A DNA stretch of 64,000 nucleotides from a virus (lineage: Duplodnaviria; Caudoviricetes): positions 31,607-95,606 of IMG/VR virus record IMGVR_UViG_3300021431_000095. One strand, given 5' to 3'. Positions 48,200 through 58,900 of the stretch are shown piece after piece. The notes under the pieces were generated by a model. The model searched no databases. It worked only from the letters and a program-made list of their open reading frames with translations, and had not been told where the DNA came from. A program made the translations under genes and the position numbers. Each line of letters begins with the position of its first letter. Position 1 is the stretch's first letter.

Positions 48200-50065
48200 A
48201 TGGCAAAATTAGACTGGAAAATTTTCAACACTAACAGGATAGGTCTGTCGCAGATGTACGACGACGCTATGAACTACGTCAAGAACGTGTACAATGCAAA
48301 CGGGCAGGAGTTCTCGATGGCTTCTCCGTTCGCGCAGATTATAAACGTGGTGGTGAACCTCGGAAGAATGATTCTGTTCTATATAGAGACATCAATCACA
48401 GAACTAAACATAGAGACCGCTTACCAGGCAAGGTCTATAAAAGGTCTTTCCGAACTCACTGGCCACGTCCCTTCAAGCGGGTGTGCCGCAAGGGGAACAT
48501 TGTACATGACATATAATATGAACTCTGACTATCAGGGAGAGACCATATTTATGAAGAACTACACCAAGATAAAGAACACAGCGAACGGACTGACGTATCT
48601 TGCAATATTGCCTACCAACACCATGCAGATTACCGTAGGAGCATACGACTCGAAGATAGAGATTCCTATCATTCAGGGAGAACTCAAGTACCAGCAGGGT
48701 ACAGGCACAGGGGAGGCGCTGCAGTCGTTTAATTTTGCCAACAAGACTGACAACATTGTGGACAATTTCTTCGTGAATGTGTATGTGAATGGAAAGAGAT
48801 GGGAAAGTGTCGATTCCATACTTGACATGGCATACGAACAGGAAGCCTGTATAATAAAGAACAGTATCAACGGCGGAATCGATGTGTTCTTCGGTACAGG
48901 AAATAACGGAAAAATACCTATTGTCGGTTCGACAATCCTGTGTGAGTATATAGTTTGTTCAGGAGCTGCTGGAAACATCAACTCCGAGGATCAGGACAAT
49001 TATTGGGAGTTCGCCGACAGCGGATATGATATAAACAGGGACTATGTGGATCTGAATTCGATATACAACCTGACATCTGGGTCTGATATCATATTCGGTA
49101 CATACGGGGAGAGTATAGAGATGACAAGGAAGCTCGCTCCACACATGTCTAGGAGTTTTGTTCTTGCCAACCCAGTAAACTACAAAACATTCCTTTCCAA
49201 GTTGAACATGTTCTCCGTTATAGACGTTTTCTCTGGGTTCAATACATCTGAGGACAGGAAAGCTGAAGAGGCTTACAGCAACGCGAAGATTGAGTACCAG
49301 CAGCTGAAGTCAAAATACGCTTCACAGATTAACCTTACTGGAAAATCATCGTATATGGCACGAGACCTGTATACCAGACTGATAGAGAAGAGGAACGAGG
49401 TTGACGCTTTGAAGGTGAAATACGACAACGCGAAACTCGATGACAATGTGATATACCTGTATCTCATTCCAGACATATCAAAGAGGGTTTCCTCGTCCGA
49501 CAACTATTTCACCTGCTCGTTGTCAAGGTTCAAGCTGACAGACGACGAGAAGCAGGGAATCCTGAATCTCATAGAGGACTCTGGAAAGAGGGTTATCACT
49601 GTTGAGAACAGGATACTGGATCCAATTTATGCGAAGTTCTCGATGAACATCTTCATAAGGATGTGGAGCAACTACAACTTCAACTCTGTGAAGAGCTCGA
49701 TAATATCGGCAATATCGGACTATGCTATAAACATGAACAGAAGGGACAGGATTCCTGTGTCTGATATAATGAAGGTCGTCGAGGCTGTCGACGGTGTGGA
49801 TTCCGTCAGTGTGTATTTCGATGCCGACAGGAACAACCAGAATGTATTCGGCGAGGGAAACTACGGCATAGACGAGTACGGTGACATCGTGCTGCAGAGG
49901 AAACTGTCCGATGTGTTTGGTAACGCCATTGAGATAAAAGATGTGCAACCGTTGTTCAGAGGAGATTTCACGTCACCGAACGGAGTGTACTATGAGGACG
50001 ATCTGAACGGTATACTCTGTCCCGTGAACATAACACTGCGAGGGAAATCCTACAAAGAAAAATAA
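48200..50065 (+). CDS. baseplate wedge subunit (gp6-like)
   Basis: TELNIETA..ARSI, FFGTGNNGKIP, GAAGN, ESIEMTRKLAP. Confidence 0.8.
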   Translation: MAKLDWKIFNTNRIGLSQMYDDAMNYVKNVYNANGQEFSMASPFAQIINVVVNLGRMILFYIETSITELNIETAYQARSIKGLSELTGHVPSSGCAARGTLYMTYNMNSDYQGETIFMKNYTKIKNTANGLTYLAILPTNTMQITVGAYDSKIEIPIIQGELKYQQGTGTGEALQSFNFANKTDNIVDNFFVNVYVNGKRWESVDSILDMAYEQEACIIKNSINGGIDVFFGTGNNGKIPIVGSTILCEYIVCSGAAGNINSEDQDNYWEFADSGYDINRDYVDLNSIYNLTSGSDIIFGTYGESIEMTRKLAPHMSRSFVLANPVNYKTFLSKLNMFSVIDVFSGFNTSEDRKAEEAYSNAKIEYQQLKSKYASQINLTGKSSYMARDLYTRLIEKRNEVDALKVKYDNAKLDDNVIYLYLIPDISKRVSSSDNYFTCSLSRFKLTDDEKQGILNLIEDSGKRVITVENRILDPIYAKFSMNIFIRMWSNYNFNSVKSSIISAISDYAINMNRRDRIPVSDIMKVVEAVDGVDSVSVYFDADRNNQNVFGEGNYGIDEYGDIVLQRKLSDVFGNAIEIKDVQPLFRGDFTSPNGVYYEDDLNGILCPVNITLRGKSYKEK

Positions 50066-50070
50066 ATCGA

Positions 50071-50100
50071 GAACCGGACTGAAAAGTTCGGTTTTTCTTT
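50071..50100 (+). terminator. intrinsic terminator
   Basis: AACCGGACT-GAAA-AGTTCGGTT followed by T-run. Confidence 0.7.
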
Positions 50101-50129
50101 TAATCGTTTTTGAAATCCGTCTATATAAT
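50101..50129 (+). promoter_or_regulatory. putative phage middle promoter TAATCG-N17-TATAAT
   Basis: Copy upstream of the clamp-like/rpS1 operon. Confidence 0.7.
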
Positions 50130-50186
50130 TTTTGAAAGGGTTTCCTTTCACCGAGTAACATTTTGTTTCACTTAATTACAAATTAA

Positions 50187-51071
50187 ATGCAGTTAAAACT
50201 AAGATTGAACGGTAGTGCCGAGCCGTTTACAAAGTATCTGGTAAGCTACTCAAGGATCAGGGAGTCGCTTCTTCTGGAAATCGACACAGCACAGAGGGCT
50301 TTCGTTGCGAAGACCTTCACCGAGGACAAGTCTGCAATCCGATTCGCTTCGTTGACATTCGACGAGGCGAACATCCAGATTGTGTCAGACAACGGGGAGG
50401 AGGAACGCGCAGGAAAGCGAATCAAGGTTGGAATCCTCATCCAGCTAAAGAAACTGATCCAGATTGTCGAACGCTTCGGTTCCGAAGTTGACAAGGACGG
50501 CAAAGCCGACTTTGAAATCAACATCGACTATGAGCCTTACGTAGACAAGGACAAGAATGTCGATTTCGTTTCGACTCAAATCCAGTTCAAGTCGAAGACT
50601 CTTAAGATGAAGATGGACGGGTTCAGAATCACCGAGCTTGCATATCTCTCAGACGAGGTTTTCGCTAACAACATCTTCAATGTTTCAGATCCAGTCTCTG
50701 TGGAAATCAGTTCGTCAAAGATTTCAGACATTGCCAAGATCTCGGATATCATCAAACTTGACCCGAGAAAAGACGCTCTTGTATTCTTTGTCAACGGAAA
50801 GACTCTCAGCGTAAAGAATCAGGGGTTGAGCAAGGACAAGGAGCCTGACTTCGAGTTTGTAATCGGTGAGCTCGACAATGAGCCGAACTATGAAATCAGC
50901 CTTCCTGTGAACCGCGAGAAGTTCATCAAGATGCTCGACAAGTCGACTGACAATTTCAAGCTCATCCTCGGCAGATACACCGTGGGTGGAAAGAACGACA
51001 TCGATCGAATCATGTTCGATTCACTGAACAGCACCACCAAGATCATCATCGGCGGTCTGAAGGACAGTTAA
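50187..51071 (+). CDS. possible sliding clamp (gp45/PCNA-like)
   Basis: 294 aa, alternating alpha/beta pattern, shares the replication-gene promoter; no diagnostic motif. Confidence 0.4.
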   Translation: MQLKLRLNGSAEPFTKYLVSYSRIRESLLLEIDTAQRAFVAKTFTEDKSAIRFASLTFDEANIQIVSDNGEEERAGKRIKVGILIQLKKLIQIVERFGSEVDKDGKADFEINIDYEPYVDKDKNVDFVSTQIQFKSKTLKMKMDGFRITELAYLSDEVFANNIFNVSDPVSVEISSSKISDIAKISDIIKLDPRKDALVFFVNGKTLSVKNQGLSKDKEPDFEFVIGELDNEPNYEISLPVNREKFIKMLDKSTDNFKLILGRYTVGGKNDIDRIMFDSLNSTTKIIIGGLKDS

Positions 51072-51100
51072 TCTATTGTTTCACTTAAAACCTACTCACA

Positions 51101-52174
51101 ATGATTGAGAAGAAAACATCGTACACTCCCAACGACGACTTCAATTGGGACTTATACGAAAACGGTTACAACGGCGGAACCAAGCTCGTCATCAACAGAC
51201 GAGTGAAAGCCAAGAAAGGTGACAAAGTGTATTGCCACGAACCTTATGCGCAGGAGCTCTATGATCGCATGGAGGCTTGTATGAGCGGAGTGAAGCTCGC
51301 TCCTAAGGATTCCATGGAGGGTGCCCTGTACAGCGTCGACGACATTTATGCTGTATCGGATCATGAAATCATGATTGATTCGAATAACGGTATGTCCAAT
51401 GTTGTCGATCTCAACAAGGAAACCCAGTTCATCCACTCCATCGGGTTGAATGACGCAAAACAGTTCGTGCAGGCAATCAAGCAGAACCAGCAGTTCAAGA
51501 AGGATCTTCTCAACGCTGATCTGTTCGCCAAGGTTGTCGACAACAACCGCGTGTCTATCTGGGACGGATATCGTGCCAAGATTGAATCCGGATTCTTCGA
51601 GGAACTCAACCGCAAGGATGGACCGAAGTATGCCTACACCGCCAAGATTATCAGCCTGAACAACGGAGGTTACAACGTCGACATCATGGGTGTCAACTGC
51701 TTCCTTCCTAGTTCGTTGGCCGCAAGCGGTCCAATCGCAGACTATTCGAGCCTGCTCGGAAAGGATGTCATGGTCTGTGTCGTCAACTACTCGGCGAACA
51801 CGAAGAACTTCGTTGTGTCTCATAAGAAGTATCTCGAAATCACATTGCCTTCGCGTATAGCTGAGGAACTCTATGTCGGCAAGGATGTGTTCGTGAAGGT
51901 CACTGGAATCTCGAAGAACGGTCTGTTCTGTGCTATCAAGGACAAGAACGGGGACTATGTGTTCGCAAGTCTTATGCACAGGAGCGTTATGAGCAGCGAT
52001 ACAGAATCATCGTTCGATCGCCATGAGTTCAGAATTGGGGACATGTTCAAGGCTTATGTTCACAAGATCAACTGGGTGAACCCGAAGAACTGCAGGATTG
52101 TCATCGGCGACACTGTACCTACACCAGAAAAAGAAGAAATCAAAAAGGAGGAAAACGATGGAAATGAACAATGA
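51101..52174 (+). CDS. phage-encoded ribosomal protein S1-like protein (short form)
   Basis: N-terminal DFNWDLYENG; S1 domain GGYNVDIMGVNCFLPSS...FVVSHKKYLE; second S1 domain VKVTGISKNGLF. Confidence 0.8.
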   Translation: MIEKKTSYTPNDDFNWDLYENGYNGGTKLVINRRVKAKKGDKVYCHEPYAQELYDRMEACMSGVKLAPKDSMEGALYSVDDIYAVSDHEIMIDSNNGMSNVVDLNKETQFIHSIGLNDAKQFVQAIKQNQQFKKDLLNADLFAKVVDNNRVSIWDGYRAKIESGFFEELNRKDGPKYAYTAKIISLNNGGYNVDIMGVNCFLPSSLAASGPIADYSSLLGKDVMVCVVNYSANTKNFVVSHKKYLEITLPSRIAEELYVGKDVFVKVTGISKNGLFCAIKDKNGDYVFASLMHRSVMSSDTESSFDRHEFRIGDMFKAYVHKINWVNPKNCRIVIGDTVPTPEKEEIKKEENDGNEQ

Positions 52175-52430
52175 TCTTCAAGGCATCAACACAGCCAAGA
52201 TTGTCATGGATTCCCCCAACGTGGTCTGCGAGTGCGGATGCAAGACCTTCATTCCGGCTGTATTGCTGAAGAAGGTGTCCGCACTCGTGTCCCCCACGGG
52301 AAACGAGGAACTTATAGACATCCCTGTGTATGTATGCTCGAAGTGCGGAAAGATTCCGCAGGTCTATAGAAACAAGCCTAATTTCGACAAGATTTACGGC
52401 GAAGACACAGAAAACAAAATTAAAATGTAA
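52158..52430 (+). CDS. zinc-ribbon protein
   Basis: CECG...CSKCG; ATG at 52158. Confidence 0.7.
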   Translation: MEMNNDLQGINTAKIVMDSPNVVCECGCKTFIPAVLLKKVSALVSPTGNEELIDIPVYVCSKCGKIPQVYRNKPNFDKIYGEDTENKIKM

Positions 52431-52432
52431 CA

Positions 52433-52675
52433 ATGGAACTTAGTGGTTTTTACAGAGTAAACGTAAAAATAGAGAAAGAGGTCATCGACGGCAAGGGTGG
52501 AACCAAGACTAAGAAGTCAAAGGAAATCTACATCGTTGAGAACTGCGGTGATCCGCAGACTGCAGCAAACGTCGTTGAAAAGGAAATGCAGGGTTGCCTT
52601 GACACGTGGGCTATCGAGTCCGTGAAAGAGGAGAAGATTACCGCAACACTGAAAGCTCACTCTCAGGAGGACTAA
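52433..52675 (+). CDS. DUF4494-like protein
   Basis: FYRVNVKIE...KKSKEIYIV...VEKEM pattern. Confidence 0.55.
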   Translation: MELSGFYRVNVKIEKEVIDGKGGTKTKKSKEIYIVENCGDPQTAANVVEKEMQGCLDTWAIESVKEEKITATLKAHSQED

Positions 52676-52677
52676 CC

Positions 52678-53037
52678 ATGCCTTTCGTCTACGATTTCAA
52701 TTCATCCATTTCGGGTATATCTACAGTTGAGGTATACCCGAAAGGATGGAAATCTCCCGTTGTTGTGGAATACACGGTAGCCCAAGCCCACATGTATGAT
52801 CCGACGTTGAGTGTAGTGTGGAGAGTCAAGGGGACTCAACACTGTTTCACGATAGGGGAGCAAAGGTTGAACGTACTGTCCAATGGAGACTATAAGAAGC
52901 ATTTTACGCAGACTCTTGAGAATTTTCGGGAGGACTACCTGTCGTGGTTCAGGGAAAAGGAGTACGAAAACGCCGAGTGGAAGTACGAATACAGGGATCA
53001 GTTCGGAGGACTCATCGAAGAAGATAAAGATAACTGA
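52678..53037 (+). CDS. hypothetical protein
   Basis: ATG at 52678 after AGGAGG. Confidence 0.65.
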   Translation: MPFVYDFNSSISGISTVEVYPKGWKSPVVVEYTVAQAHMYDPTLSVVWRVKGTQHCFTIGEQRLNVLSNGDYKKHFTQTLENFREDYLSWFREKEYENAEWKYEYRDQFGGLIEEDKDN

Positions 53038-53064
53038 CGTAAAAGTAAACAAGTTTGAAATCAA

Positions 53065-53877
53065 ATGAAGAGAAAACGATATTTCCAATGGCTCGACGGC
53101 GAGTACAAGGGCGATGTTGTCGTGCTTGAAAGTATAAGCGAACTCGACGGTGAGGTATTCTATAACTTCGAGGACGGTGAGGCGTGCAATCTCAGGTTCA
53201 TATCCAAGATGACGAACAACATCGTCGATCTGAAAGGGAAGTTCATGGTAGAAGTCGAGAATCCTGGAAACGCTTGGACTTTCGGCGTGAACGAGACAAG
53301 CATGCCGCAGGGGATAAAGGCAGACAGCGACGATGTAATACCTACGCTGCACGATTTCCTGAACTCCAACGCTGGAGCTGGTGCTTCACAGGCTGAGATA
53401 AACGACAGCGATTTCGGAAAGGACAAACTTATTCCACCGAAGAAAAGACAGAACCTGTGCCCTTTGCCTGACATAGAGGAATACAGGGAGATTCTTGAAA
53501 GCCCCGTTGAGAAGAAACCCGCGCAACAGGAGCAGAAAGTCACGGAAGAGCCTGTACAGACTGTTTCGCAGCAGGAGGAAGAGAACAAACCTGTACAGAA
53601 GATCGAGAAGAAGGTCAGCCCTCTGGATCCTGTCGCAATATTGGTCGACACCTGCAAGAAACATCCTACAGAGATTCCTATAACTCTGACGATAGATCTC
53701 CCTGTGAAGACTCTGTACTATATAGCCGAGAGCGAGTTCGAGAATGGCGGGCAGAAGTTCGTCGACTATATTGTCGAAGGGCTGGACACCAAAAAGATTG
53801 TGGAGGCAATCAGACTCTCGTTGTTTGGTGCATATGGAGTCGGTGTTGCTGAAAATATTGTTTCCGACGATGAATGA
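53065..53877 (+). CDS. hypothetical protein
   Basis: 270-aa ORF. Confidence 0.7.
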   Translation: MKRKRYFQWLDGEYKGDVVVLESISELDGEVFYNFEDGEACNLRFISKMTNNIVDLKGKFMVEVENPGNAWTFGVNETSMPQGIKADSDDVIPTLHDFLNSNAGAGASQAEINDSDFGKDKLIPPKKRQNLCPLPDIEEYREILESPVEKKPAQQEQKVTEEPVQTVSQQEEENKPVQKIEKKVSPLDPVAILVDTCKKHPTEIPITLTIDLPVKTLYYIAESEFENGGQKFVDYIVEGLDTKKIVEAIRLSLFGAYGVGVAENIVSDDE

Positions 53878-54187
53878 TCTTCAGTTATACGAATATTACA
53901 AAACCATCCCTCTCGCAGAGATAGGTGTGTTTTCATGGATCTACCCTAACTATGTCAAGATAACAGGAAGGAGCATCACTCGTCCACATCCTCACAGGCA
54001 TTATACCTTGGATGAATTTCTCGACAGGTTATACGAGGAAGGATCTGGTTTCAGGGAAAGACTTGAAAGCGGGAAAAAGGAGGTATACACTGTTCCATCC
54101 ATAAACAAGGACAAAATAGCGGAGGTGTTCAAAGGGTACTTCGAAAAACCGATAATAAATACAATTGACTCTACAAAAGAAAGTTGA
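53870..54187 (+). CDS. hypothetical protein
   Basis: ATG at 53870 overlapping the upstream gene end. Confidence 0.6.
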   Translation: MNDLQLYEYYKTIPLAEIGVFSWIYPNYVKITGRSITRPHPHRHYTLDEFLDRLYEEGSGFRERLESGKKEVYTVPSINKDKIAEVFKGYFEKPIINTIDSTKES

Positions 54188-54635
54188 TTGTGTTTTGAAT
54201 TGTTACATAACAATAGAACCTTGCCGAAGACTGAAAAACCTATTTTCCAATTTAAGTTCGTTCTATATAATAGACGTTGACACTATATTGGAGGAATCTG
54301 GATTGGATGTCGAGAAGAAATCCCACCAGTATTTGATAAACACGGAGCTTGAAAGACTTCTTGTCACTGGTGCCAAGTCGAAAAGATACGTCGGGATAAT
54401 CTACATAAACAGCAACATCGGGATAGATACCATAGATTCCGTCAAATCCATAATGATGGAAACAGAGAACAGCAATGTCGACAGTATGGTTATACTTGAC
54501 GACTGTGACGCTCCGAAACTGTCTGACTATTATGAGATGTTCGACGAGGTGATATTCTTTCCTGCAATAAAGAAAGCGAGAGTCATAAACTGCGTTCCGA
54601 GAAACGCCCCAAAACTAGATATCAAGTTGAAGTGA
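54165..54635 (+). CDS. hypothetical protein
   Basis: 156-aa ORF; start uncertain. Confidence 0.6.
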   Translation: MTLQKKVDCVLNCYITIEPCRRLKNLFSNLSSFYIIDVDTILEESGLDVEKKSHQYLINTELERLLVTGAKSKRYVGIIYINSNIGIDTIDSVKSIMMETENSNVDSMVILDDCDAPKLSDYYEMFDEVIFFPAIKKARVINCVPRNAPKLDIKLK

Positions 54636-54835
54636 TGAAGAAAAAGATCATAGGTTGGCTACACTGGCTTCTGTACGGAGAATGGAAAATGCAGATTCCT
54701 GAAAGGAAGGAGAGGAAGATAAAAGAGAAATGTGTAACACACAACTTGTCGGATTTGATAGAGGAGAAAGAATTGGTCGCTACACCGTTCATAGTCGGAG
54801 GTTACAACCAGAGAATGAAAAAGGAAGTCGAATGA
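54632..54835 (+). CDS. small hypothetical protein
   Basis: 67 aa; ends in a terminator. Confidence 0.55.
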   Translation: MMKKKIIGWLHWLLYGEWKMQIPERKERKIKEKCVTHNLSDLIEEKELVATPFIVGGYNQRMKKEVE

Positions 54836-54845
54836 CTTCCTTTTA
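54818..54845. terminator. bidirectional terminator
   Basis: AAAAGGAAGTC-GAAT-GACTTCCTTTT between convergent genes. Confidence 0.8.
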
Positions 54846-55040
54846 TTGTTTATTCGCGAAATGATTTATATCTTTCGGCAACTTCATCCACCATTTCACG
54901 TGGGTTCGATCGTATAAGCAGAAATGCCCGTTTGAGAAACGGTTGATGTCTACTGCATGTTCGTCACAATCAAGCATGGTTATATAGTATCCTTCTTCCG
55001 TCGGATATTCGGATTCTTTTGGATGATAAGGATTCACCAC
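54843..55040 (-). CDS. small hypothetical protein (DUF551-like)
   Basis: EYPTEEGYYI...VKWWMKLP. Confidence 0.55.
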   Translation of the reverse strand: MVNPYHPKESEYPTEEGYYITMLDCDEHAVDINRFSNGHFCLYDRTHVKWWMKLPKDINHFANKQ

Positions 55041-55231
55041 TTCTGATTCCCATGGAAGGGATTCAAGGGATTTTTTGCCTTGTTGTAAAACTCAGAATAT
55101 TGATCTCCTGTCATGTGTGTCAGGCAATAAGCCTTGGTTATGGATCCAGATCCTACTATGGTTTTGTTTGTTTCGCGAATTGAAATTCCCGTAAACTCTT
55201 TCAGTATGTTGAAGATATTATTTGTATCCAT
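55034..55231 (-). CDS. small hypothetical protein
   Basis: ATG at 55231 directly after the upstream stop. Confidence 0.5.
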   Translation of the reverse strand: MDTNNIFNILKEFTGISIRETNKTIVGSGSITKAYCLTHMTGDQYSEFYNKAKNPLNPFHGNQKW

Positions 55232-55232
55232 T

Positions 55233-55694
55233 TTACAATCCAATTATGTCAAAAATTTCATCGAGCGACTTTCTGTCCTTGTCGTAAAGTTTCTGCATAT
55301 ATTTTACGAACTCCTTTCTGCTTCCCTGCATGGAAAAGCATAGGATTGAATCTGGGAACTTCTTCCTTGCTTCCTTGATAATCGATATGATAGACGGGAA
55401 CCTTATTGTCCCTTCCTTGCACATGTCGTCTATCATTCTTGATTTCTCCCTCTGGAAGAACTGGTTGTCTATTCCATTGTTGTCCTTCAGCCACATCTTT
55501 TCGGCTTCGTATTGTGTGGGATAATATTTCAGATCCTGCTTGTTAATGAAACACACACCGTCTTTCAGATCACATGAAAGTGATGTGACGGCGTTTTCCT
55601 GAACATATTCCGGATCTCCTATCTTTGCGTAGTAATGTTCCGCGTTGGAGGATATTCCCCTGTAGGATGTAATGTCTATAAATTGTATGTCCAT
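55233..55694 (-). CDS. hypothetical protein
   Basis: ATG at 55694 downstream of a host-type promoter. Confidence 0.65.
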   Translation of the reverse strand: MDIQFIDITSYRGISSNAEHYYAKIGDPEYVQENAVTSLSCDLKDGVCFINKQDLKYYPTQYEAEKMWLKDNNGIDNQFFQREKSRMIDDMCKEGTIRFPSIISIIKEARKKFPDSILCFSMQGSRKEFVKYMQKLYDKDRKSLDEIFDIIGL

Positions 55695-55712
55695 AACAAA
55701 TGTTTTACAGTG

Positions 55713-55720
55713 CAAAGATA
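55713..55720 (-). promoter_or_regulatory. Bacteroidota-type -7 promoter element TATCTTTG
   Basis: Minus strand reads ATCGGTATCTTTGCA. Confidence 0.7.
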
Positions 55721-55842
55721 CCGATAAAAAATGAAAGTTGAAAATAAGGATGAAATGATCAATGAAATTTTTATTTATAATATTATATCGTATAATTAAA
55801 AGAAATGATTGTTAATGTGTAAAACAAGCATATTTATAAAGT

Positions 55843-55875
55843 AAAAGGACTACACCTTTTAGTGATGTAGTCCTT
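55843..55875 (-). terminator. terminator hairpin sharing its stem with 61685-61711
   Basis: AAGGACTACA...TGTAGTCCTT. Confidence 0.7.
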
Positions 55876-55987
55876 AATGGAATTTCAAATTTTTACTATT
55901 TACTACTTATATAAATCTGTCATCTTTAGAAAGTTGCCGAAGTGACTGCTTTTTGTACCTACTTATTACAATAACACTATACTTACT

Positions 55988-58900
55988 TTATTCTTTTACA
56001 ATACTAAAGTTCTTCATCGTAAGACCAGAAGAATACTCGATATATAACCCGACTATCTTCTCACCATAACCAGCACATAGTCCTTCATAAGCAGTCAGAC
56101 CATTGTCAGAAACGATAAATTCTGCTGATTGATTAACATAATCTGTACCACTAACATTTATAGTACACAGAACATCACCATACTGCTTCTGTGTGAGTGG
56201 GGTCTTATTCTTTATTGAACGAATTGTGATAGTACCACTGCCCTTCGCATCAACAGAATATTTAATTGTTCCGTATGGTATGCCGTAGTGCTGATATACT
56301 ACGCTTCCAGTTGTGATAAGAACAGGAACACCATCAACCATTGAAACACTACAATCACCGATATAACCATCAGGATTAGATGGAACAGTTAGGGCGGTTG
56401 GCATAAATTCCTTAGCGGTATTCCTTAATCTTGGATTATATATTAGATTACCATCATACATCGGATGTTTAAAGCATACATCATAAGCCTCGGCTTTTGT
56501 GAACAGCTCAATGCCTGTCTTGTACGCATATTTCAGCAAGCCCTCCAATATAAGTCTGAAGCTCCAAGTATCATCGCTGTCAATAACCTCTCCCCAGACA
56601 ACACCGTTTGCTGTGTTATGCCTCCATGCTTCTATTGCATTCCTGAAGCTATCTTTCGTATTGTCGTTGGCACCACCGTCATACATCTGTACCTCATACG
56701 GTTCGCTGCCTTGCAGGTCAATACCTTCAGTATATTCTGTCCACGCACGGCTAAAACTGAAACTTCTGTTAGTATGATATGGTAGAGCATCAGGTCTTGA
56801 CAGATGGGAGTTGAGAATAAACTGCAAAGACATGCAGGGTTCTTTCTGCCCATCATAGCGTCCTGGGCTTGCAGAATCATGAGTTGTCTTGTAGCCATAC
56901 TCTTTGAGAACATCCGTCCAGCTTCTTATCTTTCCACTATAAAGAGAAGATTCAAACTTTGCAAGACAGTTCATTAATTTGGTATGTTCGGCATCAAAAT
57001 AATACTTACCGTCTTGTTCAAACCAACAATGACTTGCCTTACTTCCAGGCAGTGACCACGTGAGATAATTGTAGTTAATTCTGAATCTTTCTTTCAACAA
57101 CATATTGGTTATCTCCAGTATTCTTTCCCACACTTCATGATTGGCAGATGTTGCGCAACCAGTGAATATACCACCTGTGTATATGCTTCCATTCCAGCTT
57201 CCTCTTGAACTTCCTGTTGTACCAAGATACTTGTTTGAAAGTGTGTCAAACAGCACAATCAAGTCGTTTGCACCTCCATAAAGGCTGAAATACTCTCGGA
57301 ATTGCTGACATTGTGCATCAGTCATCGAACCCCATGCTACATTAATGTCTGGAGCCTGATAACCGATAGTGTCTTTTACTATGTCGGTCAGAGTAATACC
57401 AAATACATTCTTTCCATCTCCTCTGTCATTCCTCAGTTGGTCATTGCTTGGGAAAGGCACCTGATTTCCGTCAGGACTTGATGGATTCTGACCATTGAAC
57501 ATCGGCTCGTCATAAGGGAATTTCTGGTGAATCCATGTGTGGTCGCCAAGTTCACTTCCACTGTTCATTACAGCATTTACTTCACAATTCTTTGCCTTGA
57601 CATCTGCTTCATTATCAGAAATATCAACTGCACGATGAACTTTGTTAAACTCAGCCCTGAATCCGTATTTCTGCAAAAGAGGAATCACGACAGAAAAATC
57701 AGAAGGCACATAATCGTCAAATCCAAGGGCAACAAAACGTCTCTCAGGGGTTACACTTCCTTGATAATTGTGGGTTATACGTTTTTGTCCTGGGTAATAG
57801 GTCAATGGAGTATCATTTGCAATCCACGCATCCTTGTCGATGCTGTAGAACTTCATAGCCACCTCGTCTTTTGTTGATGTGACATCAAATAATCCTTCTA
57901 TATTCTTATCTGTCGAATTTTTAAACTTTTTCTCCTGATATGCATATAGCTTCCCTTCAAGTTCAGAATATCTTTCTGTAGAGAATCTTGCATATTTGGC
58001 ATCATTTGGTACAATTATGCCATTTGATATGTCACCCTGACCAATTCCAATAAGGGTGTCTTTGTCACTTGCATAGAAACAAACAGACGCACCAGTACCA
58101 CTGGTTTGCATGTTGGTCTTAACTTTTAATCCAGACTTTACAGCAAAGAAATTAGGAGTGTATCTGTAGTTTGTACCATCTTTAGCAAACGGCTTTCCTG
58201 TTGTAGACCTTAATAATCCCTGTTCAAGTTCTGTTACATCAAACACTATTTCAGTGTTATCAAGCAACTCATGGACTATTATAGATTGATCCACTGCTTC
58301 AGCAACTTGATTTTCCAAGTCCTCTAATGATGTACTCTTCCATTTTGCATTAGGTGAAGTATTGTATTGATTTCTATTGGAAAACCTTAGATAACCGTTA
58401 TGTGGTATTGTCAGTTCTCCATAACTACCATCTACCAACTCAAAATTGTAACCTTGGTCATATACTTTGCTATCATCATAAAGAGCCACTACAACATTTC
58501 CAGATGCCCAAACAGACACAAGTAACACATCTCCTTTAAACACTCTTGTATAATCTGTTGTGTAATTGAATCCGTTTTCGCTTGAAATGGCTCCGCTTGC
58601 ATTTCCATTAATAAAACCATTTCCGTCAAAGACAAGGTTCAAATTACTTTCCTTGACTTTAGATATTTCGTGGTTTTCTTTTTCTTCCATATTTTTAATG
58701 GCTTTATATACACCGCCACTTCTCGTCAATCCTTTACTATACTCCGTTGGCATGTCATCAACACTACCACCTATCATTAGCAGTTGCAAAGCATACAAAT
58801 TTGCTTTTTCATAGCATATCCTCATGTAGCTTGCACCACTTGGTACTGTAAATTCTTCAAATCTATAGATGTCTGACGCACCATCTATTGCTGACAGCAA

